In this document: positions 11,393 to 22,641 of the stretch, piece by piece
Position numbering within the stretch: position 1 is the first letter of the stretch
How the letters are laid out: the number at the start of each line of letters is the position of its first letter
Assembly: GCA_002811645.1 (NCBI GenBank)
Contig: PDIP01000033.1
Location: forward strand, 124,001-188,000
Source of the DNA: Corallochytrium limacisporum Hawaii
Lineage: Eukaryota; Protista; Pluriformea
Reading direction: 5' to 3'
Length of the DNA: 64,000 nt
The notes under the pieces: generated by a model
Database searches by the model: none
Seen by the model: only the letters and a program-made list of their open reading frames with translations
What the model was told of the DNA's origin: nothing
Program-made: the position numbers and the translations under genes

Positions 11393-13084
11393 ATGTGTGG
11401 AATCTTTGCAGTGCTTGACTATGCAGGCTCCAAAGACCTGCGTCGCTTGACCCGTGAGCTGGGCTCCCGTGTCCGCCACCGTGGGCCTGATTGGTCTGGT
11501 GTGCGTATCTTCAGTGACACAAGCACGGGTCTGGCCCATGAGCGTCTGGCCGTTGTCGATCTCGACACTGGCGCCCAGCCAATCTCTGACGTCGAGAATG
11601 ACGTACACCTGTGTGTCAACGGTGAGATCTACAACCATCTGACTCTTCGCGAGGAGTTTAAGGACTACAAGTTCAGCACTAAGTCCGACTGTGAGGTGAT
11701 CATCCCATTGTACCTCAAGTACGGCACTGACTTTGTTAACAAGCTTGACGGTATGTTTAGCTTTGTGCTCTACGACCACAAGAAGCACTTCATGATGGCT
11801 GTGCGGGACCCAATCGGCATCACCACACTGTACTACGGTTTTGGCGAGGGCAGCAGCCGCTACTTTGCTTCCGAAGTCAAGTCCATCCACGACTCTTGCT
11901 GGAAGGTTGTGGCCTTCCCTCCCGGTCACCTGTGGACCAGCGGCATGGATGAACCTGAACGCTACTACAACCCCAAGTGGTGGGACCCCACTAGTGTGCC
12001 CACGAAGTCGGCTGATTTGGCTCTGATTCGGGAAACCTTCGAGAACTCGGTTAAGAAGCGTCTGATGTCCGATGTCCCTTACGGTGTGCTGTTGAGCGGT
12101 GGTCTGGACTCTTCTCTGGTGGCCTCCATCGCCAAGCGCTTTGTTGATAAGATGCGCGTGGAAGGATACAAGGATGGGCACGAAGTCGGCTCTGCAGCTT
12201 GGTGGCCCTCGCTGCACTCGTTCTCAATTGGCCTCCCAGGTTCTCCTGATTTGGCTGCTGCTGAGAAAGTAGCCAAACACATTGGAACCATTCATCACAG
12301 TTTTACCTTCACCGTGGAGGACGGTATCGACGCTCTGCACGACGTCATCACCGCCCTGGAGACTTACGACGTGACTACCATTCGGGCCAGCACTCCTATG
12401 TTCCTCATGAGCCGTAAGATCAAAGCCATGGGTGTCAAAATGGTGCTAAGTGGTGAAGGTGCCGATGAGATCCTCGGTGGCTATTTGTACTTCCATCGTG
12501 CCCCCGACGCCAAGTCATTCCATGAGGAGACTGTTATGCGGGTAAAGAACTTGCACGTCAGCGATTGTCTGCGTGCCAATAAGAGCACCATGGCCTGGGG
12601 ATTGGAAGCCCGTGTGCCATTCCTGGACAAGGACTACCTGGACGTGGCCATGGACATCAATCCAGAGGAAAAGATGCATACTGACGGGCGGATTGAGAAG
12701 CACCTCATGCGTGCCGCTTTTGACGATAAGGAGAACCCGTATCTGCCTGCGGAGGTCCTCTGGCGCCAAAAGGAGCAGTTCTCTGACGGTGTCGGCTACA
12801 GTTGGATCGACGGCTTGAAGGAGTTTGCGGACAAGCGCGTCTCCGACCACATGTTCTCAGACCGTGCTAACCGATTCCCTAAGGATACCCCACGCACCAA
12901 GGAGGCATACCTCTACCGCATGTACTTTGAGGAGATCTTCCCGAGCCAGGCTGTCGCGTCCACTGTGATCAACTGGGTACCCAAGGAGGAATGGGGATGC
13001 GACGCCGATCCTTCCGGACGCGCCCAGGCTGTGCACTCTTCTGCCTACGATCACGTCAAGTCCAACGGCACCGCTGCGGCTTAA
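11393..13084 (+). CDS. ASNS: Glutamine-hydrolysing asparagine synthetase
   Basis: Starts MCGIF (Ntn Cys2); RHRGPD, NGEIYNH, LLSGGLDSS, SGEGADE, WRQKEQFSDGVG and DPSGRA motifs. True ATG at 11393. Confidence 0.98.
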   Translation: MCGIFAVLDYAGSKDLRRLTRELGSRVRHRGPDWSGVRIFSDTSTGLAHERLAVVDLDTGAQPISDVENDVHLCVNGEIYNHLTLREEFKDYKFSTKSDCEVIIPLYLKYGTDFVNKLDGMFSFVLYDHKKHFMMAVRDPIGITTLYYGFGEGSSRYFASEVKSIHDSCWKVVAFPPGHLWTSGMDEPERYYNPKWWDPTSVPTKSADLALIRETFENSVKKRLMSDVPYGVLLSGGLDSSLVASIAKRFVDKMRVEGYKDGHEVGSAAWWPSLHSFSIGLPGSPDLAAAEKVAKHIGTIHHSFTFTVEDGIDALHDVITALETYDVTTIRASTPMFLMSRKIKAMGVKMVLSGEGADEILGGYLYFHRAPDAKSFHEETVMRVKNLHVSDCLRANKSTMAWGLEARVPFLDKDYLDVAMDINPEEKMHTDGRIEKHLMRAAFDDKENPYLPAEVLWRQKEQFSDGVGYSWIDGLKEFADKRVSDHMFSDRANRFPKDTPRTKEAYLYRMYFEEIFPSQAVASTVINWVPKEEWGCDADPSGRAQAVHSSAYDHVKSNGTAAA

Positions 13085-13487
13085 CATTGAGCATATTTTT
13101 TGAAACCGGGAAAGAGAGCAGGTAGTACCACCGTCACTCTTACTGCTTAGGAGCACTACCTTACCTACCTATTACTCTTGTACCATGCATCACTCCTGTA
13201 CCAAATGGTTTTCACGTACAATTCAAACATGTTTTATATCCCATATACATTTCATATAGGTTGAGAAATAGTATGAATTCCAAGCCGTTCGTTGTGATGT
13301 CGCGGAGGTTGCAAGCAACCGAGCGGTACATGAGCTCACAAAGACACCAGTCTTTCACATCATCAACGAACCAAAGTCTATAGAGATATACTATACTTAT
13401 GTAACTTTAGTGCTTTTTGTTTGTGATTCACTCTTCTTAAGACACATTTGAGAGCAAATTCAGAGCAAATTCATGATTAATTTTCAT

Positions 13488-15152
13488 TTACAGAGGAATG
13501 TTGCCGTGCTTGCGCCACGGGTTGTCGAGCTTCTTGTCCTTCAGAACCTCCAAATCGTCAGCAATGCGGGCACGGGTCACTTCAGGGCTGATGATATCGT
13601 CAATGTAGCCGCGGCGAGCAGCGGGGAAGGGGTTGGCAAAGACGCCCTCGTACTCCTTCTCGAACTCGGCCATCTTTTCAGGGCCCTGGCCACGGTAAAT
13701 AATCTGCACAGCACCTTTTGCTCCCATGACGGCAATCTCGGAGGTAGGCCATGCGTAGTTCTTGTCACCACGCAAATGCTTAGAGGCCATTACATCGTAG
13801 GCACCGCCGTAGGCCTTGCGGGTAATCACGGTGATCTTGGGCACAGTGGCTTCGGCGTAGGCATACAGGAGCTTGGCACCCTGGCGAATGATACCACCGT
13901 ACTCCTGGTTAGTACCGGGCAGGAAACCGGGCACATCGACAAAGGTCACAATGGGAATGTTGAAGGCATCACAGAAGCGTACAAAGCGACCACCCTTGAC
14001 ACTGGAGTTGATGTCCAGGACACCGGAGGCTTCCTTGGGCTGGTTGCCTACTACACCGACTGTGCGACCGTTGATACGTCCGAAACCGATAACAATGTTC
14101 TTTGCCCATCCGTCCATAAGCTCAAAAAAGTCCTCCTCATCAACGACCTTCCTGATAATGTCCTTCATATCGTAGGCCTTGTTGGATTCCAAGGGGACCA
14201 GGCCATTCAGGGAGGGGATCAGGCGGTTCGGGGGATCGGAGGTCTCCTTGAGTGGGGGTTGGTCCTTGTTGCTCAGGGGCAGGAAGTCGTAAAGGCGGCG
14301 CATTGCCATGAGGGTGTCGACGTCGTTCTCGAAGGCACCGTGGGATACACCAGACTTGGTGTTGTGGGTCTTGGCACCACCAAGCTCTTCCTGGGTCACA
14401 TCTTCGTAAGTGACCTGCTTGACGACATCAGGACCAGTTACAAACATATAAGAAGTCTGCTTGACCATGAAGATGAAGTCAGTGATGGCGGGGGAGTATA
14501 CTGCACCACCGGCACAGGGGCCCATGACGACAGAGATCTGGGGAATGACACCACTGGCCAGGGTATTGCGCAGGAAAATATCGGCGTAGCCACCAAGAGA
14601 GTCCACACCTTCCTGAATGCGGGCACCACCAGAGTCATTGAGACCGATCAAAGGAGCACCGACCTTCATGGCCTCGTCCATAACCTTGCAAATCTTGCGT
14701 GCATGGGCAGCGCTCAGACTGCCACCGAAAACGGTGAAGTCCTGGCTGAAGACATAGACCAGCCGTCCATTGATGCGACCGCGACCAGTGATCACACTGT
14801 CTCCCACGTAGCGTTCCTTTTCCATACCAAAGTCGTAGCACAGATGCTCAGTAAACATATCGTTCTCAACGAATGATCCCTCATCGAGCAGAATGGCCAG
14901 ACGCTCGCGAGCAGTGAGTTTTCCCTTCCTGTGCTGAGCAGCAATGCGCTTCTCTCCACCTCCCAGCTGAGCTGCTTCGCGCTTCTCCTCCAGGGCCTGT
15001 TCCGTGGCGGTGAGGGCCTTGTAGCTGCGGCGGGCCTGCATCAGTGCGCTGTTGCCGGCGGCCGGAGCCATCCAGGGCATCACGGCGGTGTTCAAGGTGC
15101 TGCGACGCAACAACCCCGAGGTTGCGTTGCGGAAGAGACCGAGGGACACCAT
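13488..15152 (-). CDS. PCCB: Propionyl-CoA carboxylase beta chain, mitochondrial
   Basis: Arg/Ser-rich presequence; [64 protein letters not shown]; ends WRKHGNIPL. Confidence 0.97.
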   Translation of the reverse strand: MVSLGLFRNATSGLLRRSTLNTAVMPWMAPAAGNSALMQARRSYKALTATEQALEEKREAAQLGGGEKRIAAQHRKGKLTARERLAILLDEGSFVENDMFTEHLCYDFGMEKERYVGDSVITGRGRINGRLVYVFSQDFTVFGGSLSAAHARKICKVMDEAMKVGAPLIGLNDSGGARIQEGVDSLGGYADIFLRNTLASGVIPQISVVMGPCAGGAVYSPAITDFIFMVKQTSYMFVTGPDVVKQVTYEDVTQEELGGAKTHNTKSGVSHGAFENDVDTLMAMRRLYDFLPLSNKDQPPLKETSDPPNRLIPSLNGLVPLESNKAYDMKDIIRKVVDEEDFFELMDGWAKNIVIGFGRINGRTVGVVGNQPKEASGVLDINSSVKGGRFVRFCDAFNIPIVTFVDVPGFLPGTNQEYGGIIRQGAKLLYAYAEATVPKITVITRKAYGGAYDVMASKHLRGDKNYAWPTSEIAVMGAKGAVQIIYRGQGPEKMAEFEKEYEGVFANPFPAARRGYIDDIISPEVTRARIADDLEVLKDKKLDNPWRKHGNIPL

Positions 15153-15184
15153 TGTGTGTTAAGTCCTTCCTGGTCCCGAAATGA

Positions 15185-15279
15185 CTAGAAAGAAAAAACC
15201 TAATGGGATCACGTTATTCCCGTTGATACTAGTCCGCTACAATGCGATACTGTGATGTCTTCCGTACAACACCATATAC
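15185..15279 (-). other. Putative 5'-UTR intron of PCCB (95 nt)
   Basis: Minus strand AAG|GTATAT...TTTTTTCTTTCTAG| ending 32 nt before the ATG. Size is similar to the ELOC intron. Confidence 0.5.
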
Positions 15280-15688
15280 CTTCAGATGATGACTGAATAG
15301 TCATGAGCAGTAGTGCATCGTGCCCCCAAGCACTAGTACAAACTGATAGCTATATGGATCCGGATTCCACTTTGAGAGAGCACACACAAATTCACAGCGG
15401 TGCCCAGTGAGGATCAAATCCGTTGCCCAGCTCACAGTCCCCAAACCAGCTCCCAGCTTGCCCCCCCCCCATTTGCTGGGAAACCCCTCTGCAATGCGAG
15501 GCTCACAATATCCCGTACACACATAGTAGTGTTGATCCACACGGTCAGGGGCAGTCGCTTCCAAAACTCTTGTGAGCCCGTTTGGCCCCAGAGCTCCCAG
15601 TTGCTGCAACTGTGTCCTAGCTGCCATTGTAACGTGGGGTGTGTGTTGTGCCTTTGTTGTTGTTGTTCGACGACAACGGGGAGAACGA

Positions 15689-15711
15689 TGTGTGTGTGTG
15701 TGTGTGTGTGT
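15689..15711. repeat. (TG)11 microsatellite
   Basis: Direct read; a short (TTG)n run lies just upstream. Confidence 0.95.
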
Positions 15712-18700
15712 TTGCGGGTGTGGGATAAAACTTCCTGCTTTGAAATGTTTGTGGCCACTCACCCTGAACTGTGCTGTAAAATCTCGGCCCCCGCGCTCCT
15801 TCTTCGCCACCGTTCTGGGCTCCCAAGGGCGGAGACGGCCCAAGTGCACGCATCGTACGAAAGAAACCCAAACAAAAAAGTCCCAATGTCGCCGACTGGG
15901 AGTGGGACTTGCGAGCATGCAAAATCGGATTAAGATTATTGTCGGGAGTGGTCACCTGCTGGACCACTGCTGCTCACCATAACCGTCGACATCATCATCA
16001 CCTGTAGTCATTCAGCACCACACTGCCAGCCACATTTGTGTACTGACAGAGTTGCACGTTCGAGTCAGGACTGGGGACATGGGTGAGTGGTCCCCTTTTA
16101 CATTTCTATCGGCATCTTGCAGCATTGTGCAGAAGCTCATTGTTGGTGCTAGGAAGATGGCCGGTGCTGCTGTGGAAGCGGTATCACGTTGTAGAAGTGG
16201 GACGGACAGGTGCTTCCTGCTGGTTCTCTGACCGGTGGTGGAAAGTAGCAACTCGAGATGTGAATTGCTCGGCACGCACTGTTAGACGAGTGAGCCGTGA
16301 ATACATGCAGCATGTGGCTCCAGTGACGCACGGGCCACGCGTAACCGTTTCATTTGCCCCCTGTGTGAAGAGGCTGGATGCGGCCGGACTATTTCTCTTT
16401 GGGTTGTCCTCATGGACGTAAATCCTTGCTTTGGGTGCCATGGTGTGCCAACCTCGGCTCAAGTTGCCGACTGTGTCATCGGCTGTGGTCCGTGTTGCTA
16501 AATTTGGATCCCACCCACGTTCTCCCGAAGAGAGACGACAAAATACCAAACCTTCCCTCCCAGGCCCCTCCGTCGCGCCATCGGTAGTGGATGAACCAGC
16601 AAACTTTCGATGGACGGAAGCTCGGTCGATTCGTCATTGACTTTTTCCTTGGCCGGTTTCATTAAAAATGTTTTGTTTTGTTTGGCTCTGGGAAATGCAG
16701 TGCTGCCATCGACGAACATATTTTCAATACTTAATGTACTTAAAAATACTTGGACCCTTGTACATTTCCCACGCAATGGTGCGGGTGCGAACGAAGAATA
16801 AGAACGAGAACCGGGTGTCAACCAAGAAGCGCAATTCAAACAAAACGTGGGCGGCCTGGCCTCTCTCCCATCTCCGCCGCATCGCTTGACAAAACACATA
16901 AACTCAGAGAGAGATTAGGTTCACCGTTCCGTGGGGGTGGCAAGTAGCCATTGCGACCTGTTCCACGTGAGCGAGGGACAGACCAGGACTGGCTTTTTAC
17001 TTTGTTGGTTTCTTTTTAGTTGGCTTTCCGAACCCGCAAACGAGAGACTACTGAGTCCAACCGAACCAAACAACAAAAAAGACAATATAAAAGAAAGGGG
17101 GAACAGAGAGGAAATGGGAAGCCTCCAGTTTCCAATGCCCCTCCCCCCTCCAAGTGCGGCGGCGGTCCCAAGCATGTTGCTCAGGTGTCCACCGCTGATG
17201 GTGTTCTGTGGCAAATTACTTATGAATGCTCGGACGACCATCTATGGTCCGCTTACGGCCTTCTGTGGGATCGAACTGGTAGTTCATCACCTACCATCAT
17301 TGCCGACATATCAAACACTGCATCCGATCGGATGTCTATCGATAGCACTGGGCCGCAGGAGGCACTAAATGTAATTGCCAGTCGTCTTTGACACACATTG
17401 CCACACATTGCCATGGTCGGCGGCCATGGTGGGAGAAATGAGACAGACCGCTCTTCACAGATACCGCCACCATTTTTCGCAAACAGCAGCAAACAGACGA
17501 GGGCAGCTGTAGCCACCGCCACCATGCCACTAGTGTGGAGCTGGTTTGTTTCACACAGTCATGTGGTTCGATGTTCCTTGCTGTCCCTTGGTCTTGCTTC
17601 GGTTGTCGTCGTCAACCAGAATTCAATCAGTGCTAACCATACAAGGACATTCAGTGAACGGATATCACTACACAGCAAACCTCTTTAATCTTTTTGTTTT
17701 GCAGCTCCATGTTAAAACAAAGGGGCATCAGTCGGCACCAGCAAACCTCGGAGGGTAGTGGCCGAGCGCAGGACAGGAAACTCCGTTCTGATTTGTGTGT
17801 GCAGCCAAGCACGCTAAACCGTCGGGTAACCCAATCAAGCACGGGGACGGTCGCTCCATCCCAAAAGGAATCCAGTGCCGTTCTTCGCCGTTGCTGCCTG
17901 TTTGCTGTGCGTGTTGCGTGGGTCTGTAATTCATCAGTAGTGTTTGCTTTCGTCGACCGGGCTCGTGTTGTTCCTTTCTCTGTCAATCCCTTCCCCATTC
18001 GCTCTGTTGCACTCTCACCAAAACAAACAAAACGTAAGAGACCAAAGAAAATGGGAGGGCGAAGAAACGGGAAAATCTGTGCCCCCCCCTCCCAAAGGAC
18101 TAAGTCGTGCGTGCCAGGTGCTCGGTCCACGTTGCCTTCGGCCCAATGGAACTGATGCGGTGGCAGACACAATTGTCCGTGAGAAGAACGCACGAGAATG
18201 CTAGAGAGCCCCCGAGATCCACTAGCATGATGTCTAAGTGGGCCCGTGCATTTAAAGTTGCACACAATGCGATGCTGGTGTGGCGAACTATACACCTAGT
18301 GGCCATGCTTTGTTCCGTTCGCTTAGAAAACCCCAACCAATACACATCATCACCATCACTATCAATGAATTTGTTGTTCCCAACCCAGGTGTTAGTTGTG
18401 TACACACTGCTGTTTGGTTTGCGCTTGTGCTGTCGCTGGAGCAAGAATACTTTGCTTTTCTTTGACGTGAAGGGGTTCTGGTTTTTCGTGTGGAGAGAAT
18501 CCGATACACAACCGTGAGGGCACAGGGCCGTGCTGCTCGTCTGTTCAAGGTCAGCGTATCTTCCCCCGGGAAATTTGGAAAGGCAGCAGGAACGGGATTT
18601 GCAACTAGGCGACAGTCGGGTAGCTACTGAGCTATCCGGCCATTTTGAATGCGGTCCGGACTTACGCAGAGGCTGTGTGTGCTATTTCAACAGGCCAAGT

Positions 18701-18794
18701 GATGAATCACATGATGAGTGGTCTCAGGTGGCTTTAGGTTACTCATTCTCAGCAACGGTTCATAGCTTGCAGATTCTGATCAAGGGTTGCAAGG

Positions 18795-21038
18795 ATGCTG
18801 TTCCTGACTGTGGCCCGGAAAACGGCCACCTCAATGGTTGGCCCCGTGGGTATGATGAATGTTGCAAGGCCCGCTGTCTTGGGTATGATGGCAAAGCGTG
18901 GTCTGTCTACGAATGTCGAGGGTAAAGAAAAGTATTTCGATAAGATTCTGATCGCCAACCGTGGTGAGATTGCTTGCCGTGTTATGGACTCCTGCAAGAA
19001 GCTCGGAATTAAGACCGTTGCAGTCTTCTCCGAAGCTGACCGGTACTCAAAGCATGTCGCCATGGCTGACGAGGCTGTTTGTGTCGGTCCCGCGCCCTCA
19101 AGCGAGTCCTACCTGATTATGGACAACATTCTGGCTGCCGTCAAGCAGACTGGTGCCCAGGCTGTCCACCCCGGCTATGGATTCCTCAGTGAGAACACCA
19201 ACTTTGCCAAGCTTCTGGAAGACAACGGTGTGGCCTTCATCGGACCGGGCTCCGAAGCCATCCGTGCCATGGGTGACAAGATTGAGTCCAAGCACATTGC
19301 AAAGTCTGCCGGTGTCAATGTGATTCCCGGTTACGAAGGAGAGGTCCACGACATCGAAGAGGCCTTGGAGAAGATTGAAGAGATTGGTTACCCCGTGATG
19401 ATCAAGGCCAGTGCCGGTGGTGGTGGCAAAGGTATGCGTGTGGCCTGGAACGCTGAGGAGGCTCGTGAGGGTTTCAAGCTGTCAAAGGCCGAGGCCAAGT
19501 CCTCCTTTGGTGACGACCGTCTGCTTATTGAACGTTTTATCGATGATCCCCGTCACGTTGAGATTCAGGTCCTTGCTGATGCCGAAGGCAATGCCATCTA
19601 CGTCAACGAGCGTGAGTGCTCCATTCAGCGCCGCAACCAGAAGGTTATTGAAGAGGCTCCCTGCCCCATCATGGATGAGGAGACTCGCCGCAAGATGGGT
19701 GAGCAGGCCTGCGCCCTGGCCAAGCATGTCGGTTACAAGAGTGCCGGTACAGTCGAATTTCTGATGGATCCCCGCAAGAACTTCTATTTCCTGGAGATGA
19801 ACACTCGTCTGCAGGTCGAGCACCCCATTTCCGAACTGATCTCTGGCGTCGATCTGGTCGAGCAGATGATCCGTGTTGCTGCTGGACACCCTCTGAGCTA
19901 CACCCAGGCCGACATTGGCATCAAGGGCCACGCCATTGAGTGCCGTGTCTACGCTGAAGACCACAAGAAGTACCTGCCCTCCATCGGTCGCCTGCACACC
20001 TACCAAGAGCCCCACGCCGAGGCCGGTCGCGTGCGCACCGACTCTGGTATTGTCGAAGGTAGTGAGATCTCCATGTACTACGATCCCATGATCTGCAAGC
20101 TCTGCACCCACGGTGAGACTCGTGAGGAGGCCCTCGAGCTCATGCAGAACGCTCTGGACACCTATGTGATCAAGGGTGTGCACCACAACGCACCTCTGCT
20201 GCGTGAGGTCATTACCCACCCCCGCTTTGTGGATGCCAAGACTATCAGCACCAAGTTCCTTGCCGAGGAATACCCAGAGGGCTTCGACGGGCATGCTCTA
20301 ACCAAGGATGAGGCCCATCATCTGGCCATGATTGCTGCTTCCATGTCCATGGCTGACCATCCCCGCTACGCTGAGGGCACTCGTCTGTCTACTGGTCTCA
20401 ACCTGGATGAGCCCCGCCCCTTGTATGTGAAGATTGAGCCTGTCTACTACCATGCCGAGCGTAAGGACTGGGAGACCATCCGCGTAGACATCGCCTACCA
20501 GGAGGACTCTGAGACCGCCGTTATGGTATGCGATGACCGTGCCTTCCAGGCCTACAATGACTGGTCCAGTGGCGAGTCCATTGTCGAGTCTTGGATTGCT
20601 GAGACTACCGAAGAGGTGCAGTCCATGAACGAGGACGGCTCCATGAGTGAGCCCTCTGTCGAGCCGAAGAGCTTCCGTCTGATCCACGAGGATCGACTGG
20701 CCACTGGCTACCGTCTCCGTTTCCTCGGAACTGAGTACAATGTTCATGTCCTGACTGAGGCTGCCAACAAGGCTATGGATATCGTGCCTGAGAAGGAGGT
20801 CATTGACACCGCCAAGTTCATGCTGACCCCCATGCCAGGTACCATTGTGTCTCTGGCCGTTCAGGAAGGTGAAGAAGTTTCCGAGGGACAGGAAATTGCC
20901 GTGGTTGAGGCCATGAAGATGCAGAACAGTCTGCGGGCCCAACGCTCCGGTGTCGTCAAGAAGATCCACTCTGAAGTCGGTGCCTCTCTTGCCGCCGAGG
21001 ACATCATTGTCGAGTTCGAGGATGAGCCCAAGGCCTAA
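18795..21038 (+). CDS. PCCA: Propionyl-CoA carboxylase alpha chain (biotin carboxylase + BCCP), mitochondrial
   Basis: FDKILIANRGEIACR, HPGYGFLSEN, KASAGGGGKGMR, ERECSIQRRNQKVIEEAP, EMNTRLQVEHP, biotinylation motif EAMKM. Presequence present. Confidence 0.95.
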   Translation: MLFLTVARKTATSMVGPVGMMNVARPAVLGMMAKRGLSTNVEGKEKYFDKILIANRGEIACRVMDSCKKLGIKTVAVFSEADRYSKHVAMADEAVCVGPAPSSESYLIMDNILAAVKQTGAQAVHPGYGFLSENTNFAKLLEDNGVAFIGPGSEAIRAMGDKIESKHIAKSAGVNVIPGYEGEVHDIEEALEKIEEIGYPVMIKASAGGGGKGMRVAWNAEEAREGFKLSKAEAKSSFGDDRLLIERFIDDPRHVEIQVLADAEGNAIYVNERECSIQRRNQKVIEEAPCPIMDEETRRKMGEQACALAKHVGYKSAGTVEFLMDPRKNFYFLEMNTRLQVEHPISELISGVDLVEQMIRVAAGHPLSYTQADIGIKGHAIECRVYAEDHKKYLPSIGRLHTYQEPHAEAGRVRTDSGIVEGSEISMYYDPMICKLCTHGETREEALELMQNALDTYVIKGVHHNAPLLREVITHPRFVDAKTISTKFLAEEYPEGFDGHALTKDEAHHLAMIAASMSMADHPRYAEGTRLSTGLNLDEPRPLYVKIEPVYYHAERKDWETIRVDIAYQEDSETAVMVCDDRAFQAYNDWSSGESIVESWIAETTEEVQSMNEDGSMSEPSVEPKSFRLIHEDRLATGYRLRFLGTEYNVHVLTEAANKAMDIVPEKEVIDTAKFMLTPMPGTIVSLAVQEGEEVSEGQEIAVVEAMKMQNSLRAQRSGVVKKIHSEVGASLAAEDIIVEFEDEPKA

Positions 21039-21636
21039 AGTATGGATTCACCTACCTTTCCCATTTTATAAATTTTCTTCATAGGCAGAGCTTAGTCCTT
21101 CTGTCTTGTATAAAGCAAGCAAACAACACCCATGCGTGAAAAGCCAAAATAGAAAAAAGTAAAGCTATCATCAACTTGACAACTCATTGCGAGGTCGCAA
21201 GCTAGGTCTTCAAGCCTCGGACCCCCTTTCCCGTCTGTGGAAATCAATTCATTGAAACTGGTTAGGGTTCCGTTGGTTTAGGGGCCTGATTTATTGTGGG
21301 GTAGAACCCCTCCTCCCCCTCCCCTTCGCCTCCCGTTTGACCCGCGTGGATTCCTCGCGGTCATTCTGTTACCCAGAAGCCATTGAATAGTATGTCCTCA
21401 GTCTCTCATGACTGGGCGCAACGTCCCATCGGTAGGCGCATATGTGAGAGCCATCGTCTGCCGTGAACTACGTTCCTTGGATTGTGATCACATTCATAAG
21501 CGGCCGATCCATCGCAATGTAGGGGTTTATTCATGTATTTATGGACGACTACTGAAGCATGATATATTGACCCGATGGCAGCCGTTCTACAACACGAATG
21601 CATGCTGGCAGACTTCGTGCATGTACACAAATCGGA

Positions 21637-22641
21637 ATGGTCAAGAAAAGTGCAACCATGATCTCATCGACCAAGGCCAAGGCCAAGGGCAAGGCTTCTG
21701 CAACAAAGGCAGTGACAAAGAAGACATCTGTAAGTAAGACTGCCAATGGAAAGTCGCTGGCCAAGAAAGCATCTTCCACAAAGGCTGACGCAAATATAAA
21801 GAAGGTCGACGTCAAGTCTAGTAGTAACAAAACTGATGCTATGCAGCGTAAGAAGGATGCCAAGGCCGCAGCAAAGGCCAAGAAAAAGGAGGAAAAGCGC
21901 AAGATGTATGATATGGACCCGTTGGATGGTGAACTGAGTCAGGAAGCATCGCTCTTGGACAAGAAGCAAGTGGCTAAGGCCATCGCTGCTTTGCAGAAGC
22001 ATGCTGGCAGCGGCACTGGAAAAGAGGCTCTGCTGGACAGCGATGCCTTTATCAACCTGACCTTCGCTGTCAAGAAGATCCCCCAGGAGAGCAAGGGCCT
22101 GCTGCCTGTTGATATTCCCAACACCCTGTACACACCGGATGACTCCAATATTCTGTTTGTGAGCAAGGACCCGCAGCGCATCTACAAGGATCTCATGACC
22201 AGCCAGGAGATCCAGGGAATTGACCGTGTGATTGGCGTGAGCAAGCTGAAAGCCAAATTCCAGCCGTATGAAGCTAAGCGGCAGTTGGCTGCGATGTACG
22301 ATCTTGTCCTCTGCGATGATCGAGTGCTACCAACTCTTCCTCGTATCCTCGGACGTGACGTCTACACGAAAAAGAAGGGACCTGTCCCTATTCAAATGGC
22401 CAAAGGAGATCCGAAGAGGAATATTGAGAAGGCTATGACACGGACGTACCTAAGCATTGGAAAGGGAGCCACCAGTGCTGTGCGTATCGCAAGGCTCAAT
22501 TTCAGCAAGGCGGATGCGGTCGAGAACGTAATGGAAGGTTTTGAAAGCGTGCTGAAACATGTTCCCAAAGGAATGAAGAACATTCGCAGTGTGCACTTGA
22601 AGACAGACACATCAGTGGCAGTTCCTCTGTATGAGTACTAA
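21637..22641 (+). CDS. RSL1D1: Ribosomal L1 domain-containing protein (RSL1D1/Utp30/Cic1 family)
   Basis: VIGVSKLKAKFQPYEAKRQL...YDLVLCDDRVLPTLPRILG...KKKGPVPI...NIRSVHLKTDTSVAVPLY; K/A-rich N-terminal extension. ATG 21637. Confidence 0.9.
   Translation: MVKKSATMISSTKAKAKGKASATKAVTKKTSVSKTANGKSLAKKASSTKADANIKKVDVKSSSNKTDAMQRKKDAKAAAKAKKKEEKRKMYDMDPLDGELSQEASLLDKKQVAKAIAALQKHAGSGTGKEALLDSDAFINLTFAVKKIPQESKGLLPVDIPNTLYTPDDSNILFVSKDPQRIYKDLMTSQEIQGIDRVIGVSKLKAKFQPYEAKRQLAAMYDLVLCDDRVLPTLPRILGRDVYTKKKGPVPIQMAKGDPKRNIEKAMTRTYLSIGKGATSAVRIARLNFSKADAVENVMEGFESVLKHVPKGMKNIRSVHLKTDTSVAVPLYEY

Noticed and set aside
13473-14876. 467-aa antisense ORF over PCCB (also 283 aa over ASNS, and 270 and 223 aa over PCCA)
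   Set aside because: These are codon-registered shadows of strongly biased genes that avoid TTA/CTA/TCA codons. They show no protein-like motifs.
16058-16068. GTTCGAGTC B-box-like word
   Set aside because: No T-stem or cloverleaf around it.
21260-21286. GGTTAGGGTT / TTTAGGGG telomere-like words (possible telomerase template)
   Set aside because: A 10-nt match is expected by chance in 64 kb. There is no array or supporting structure.
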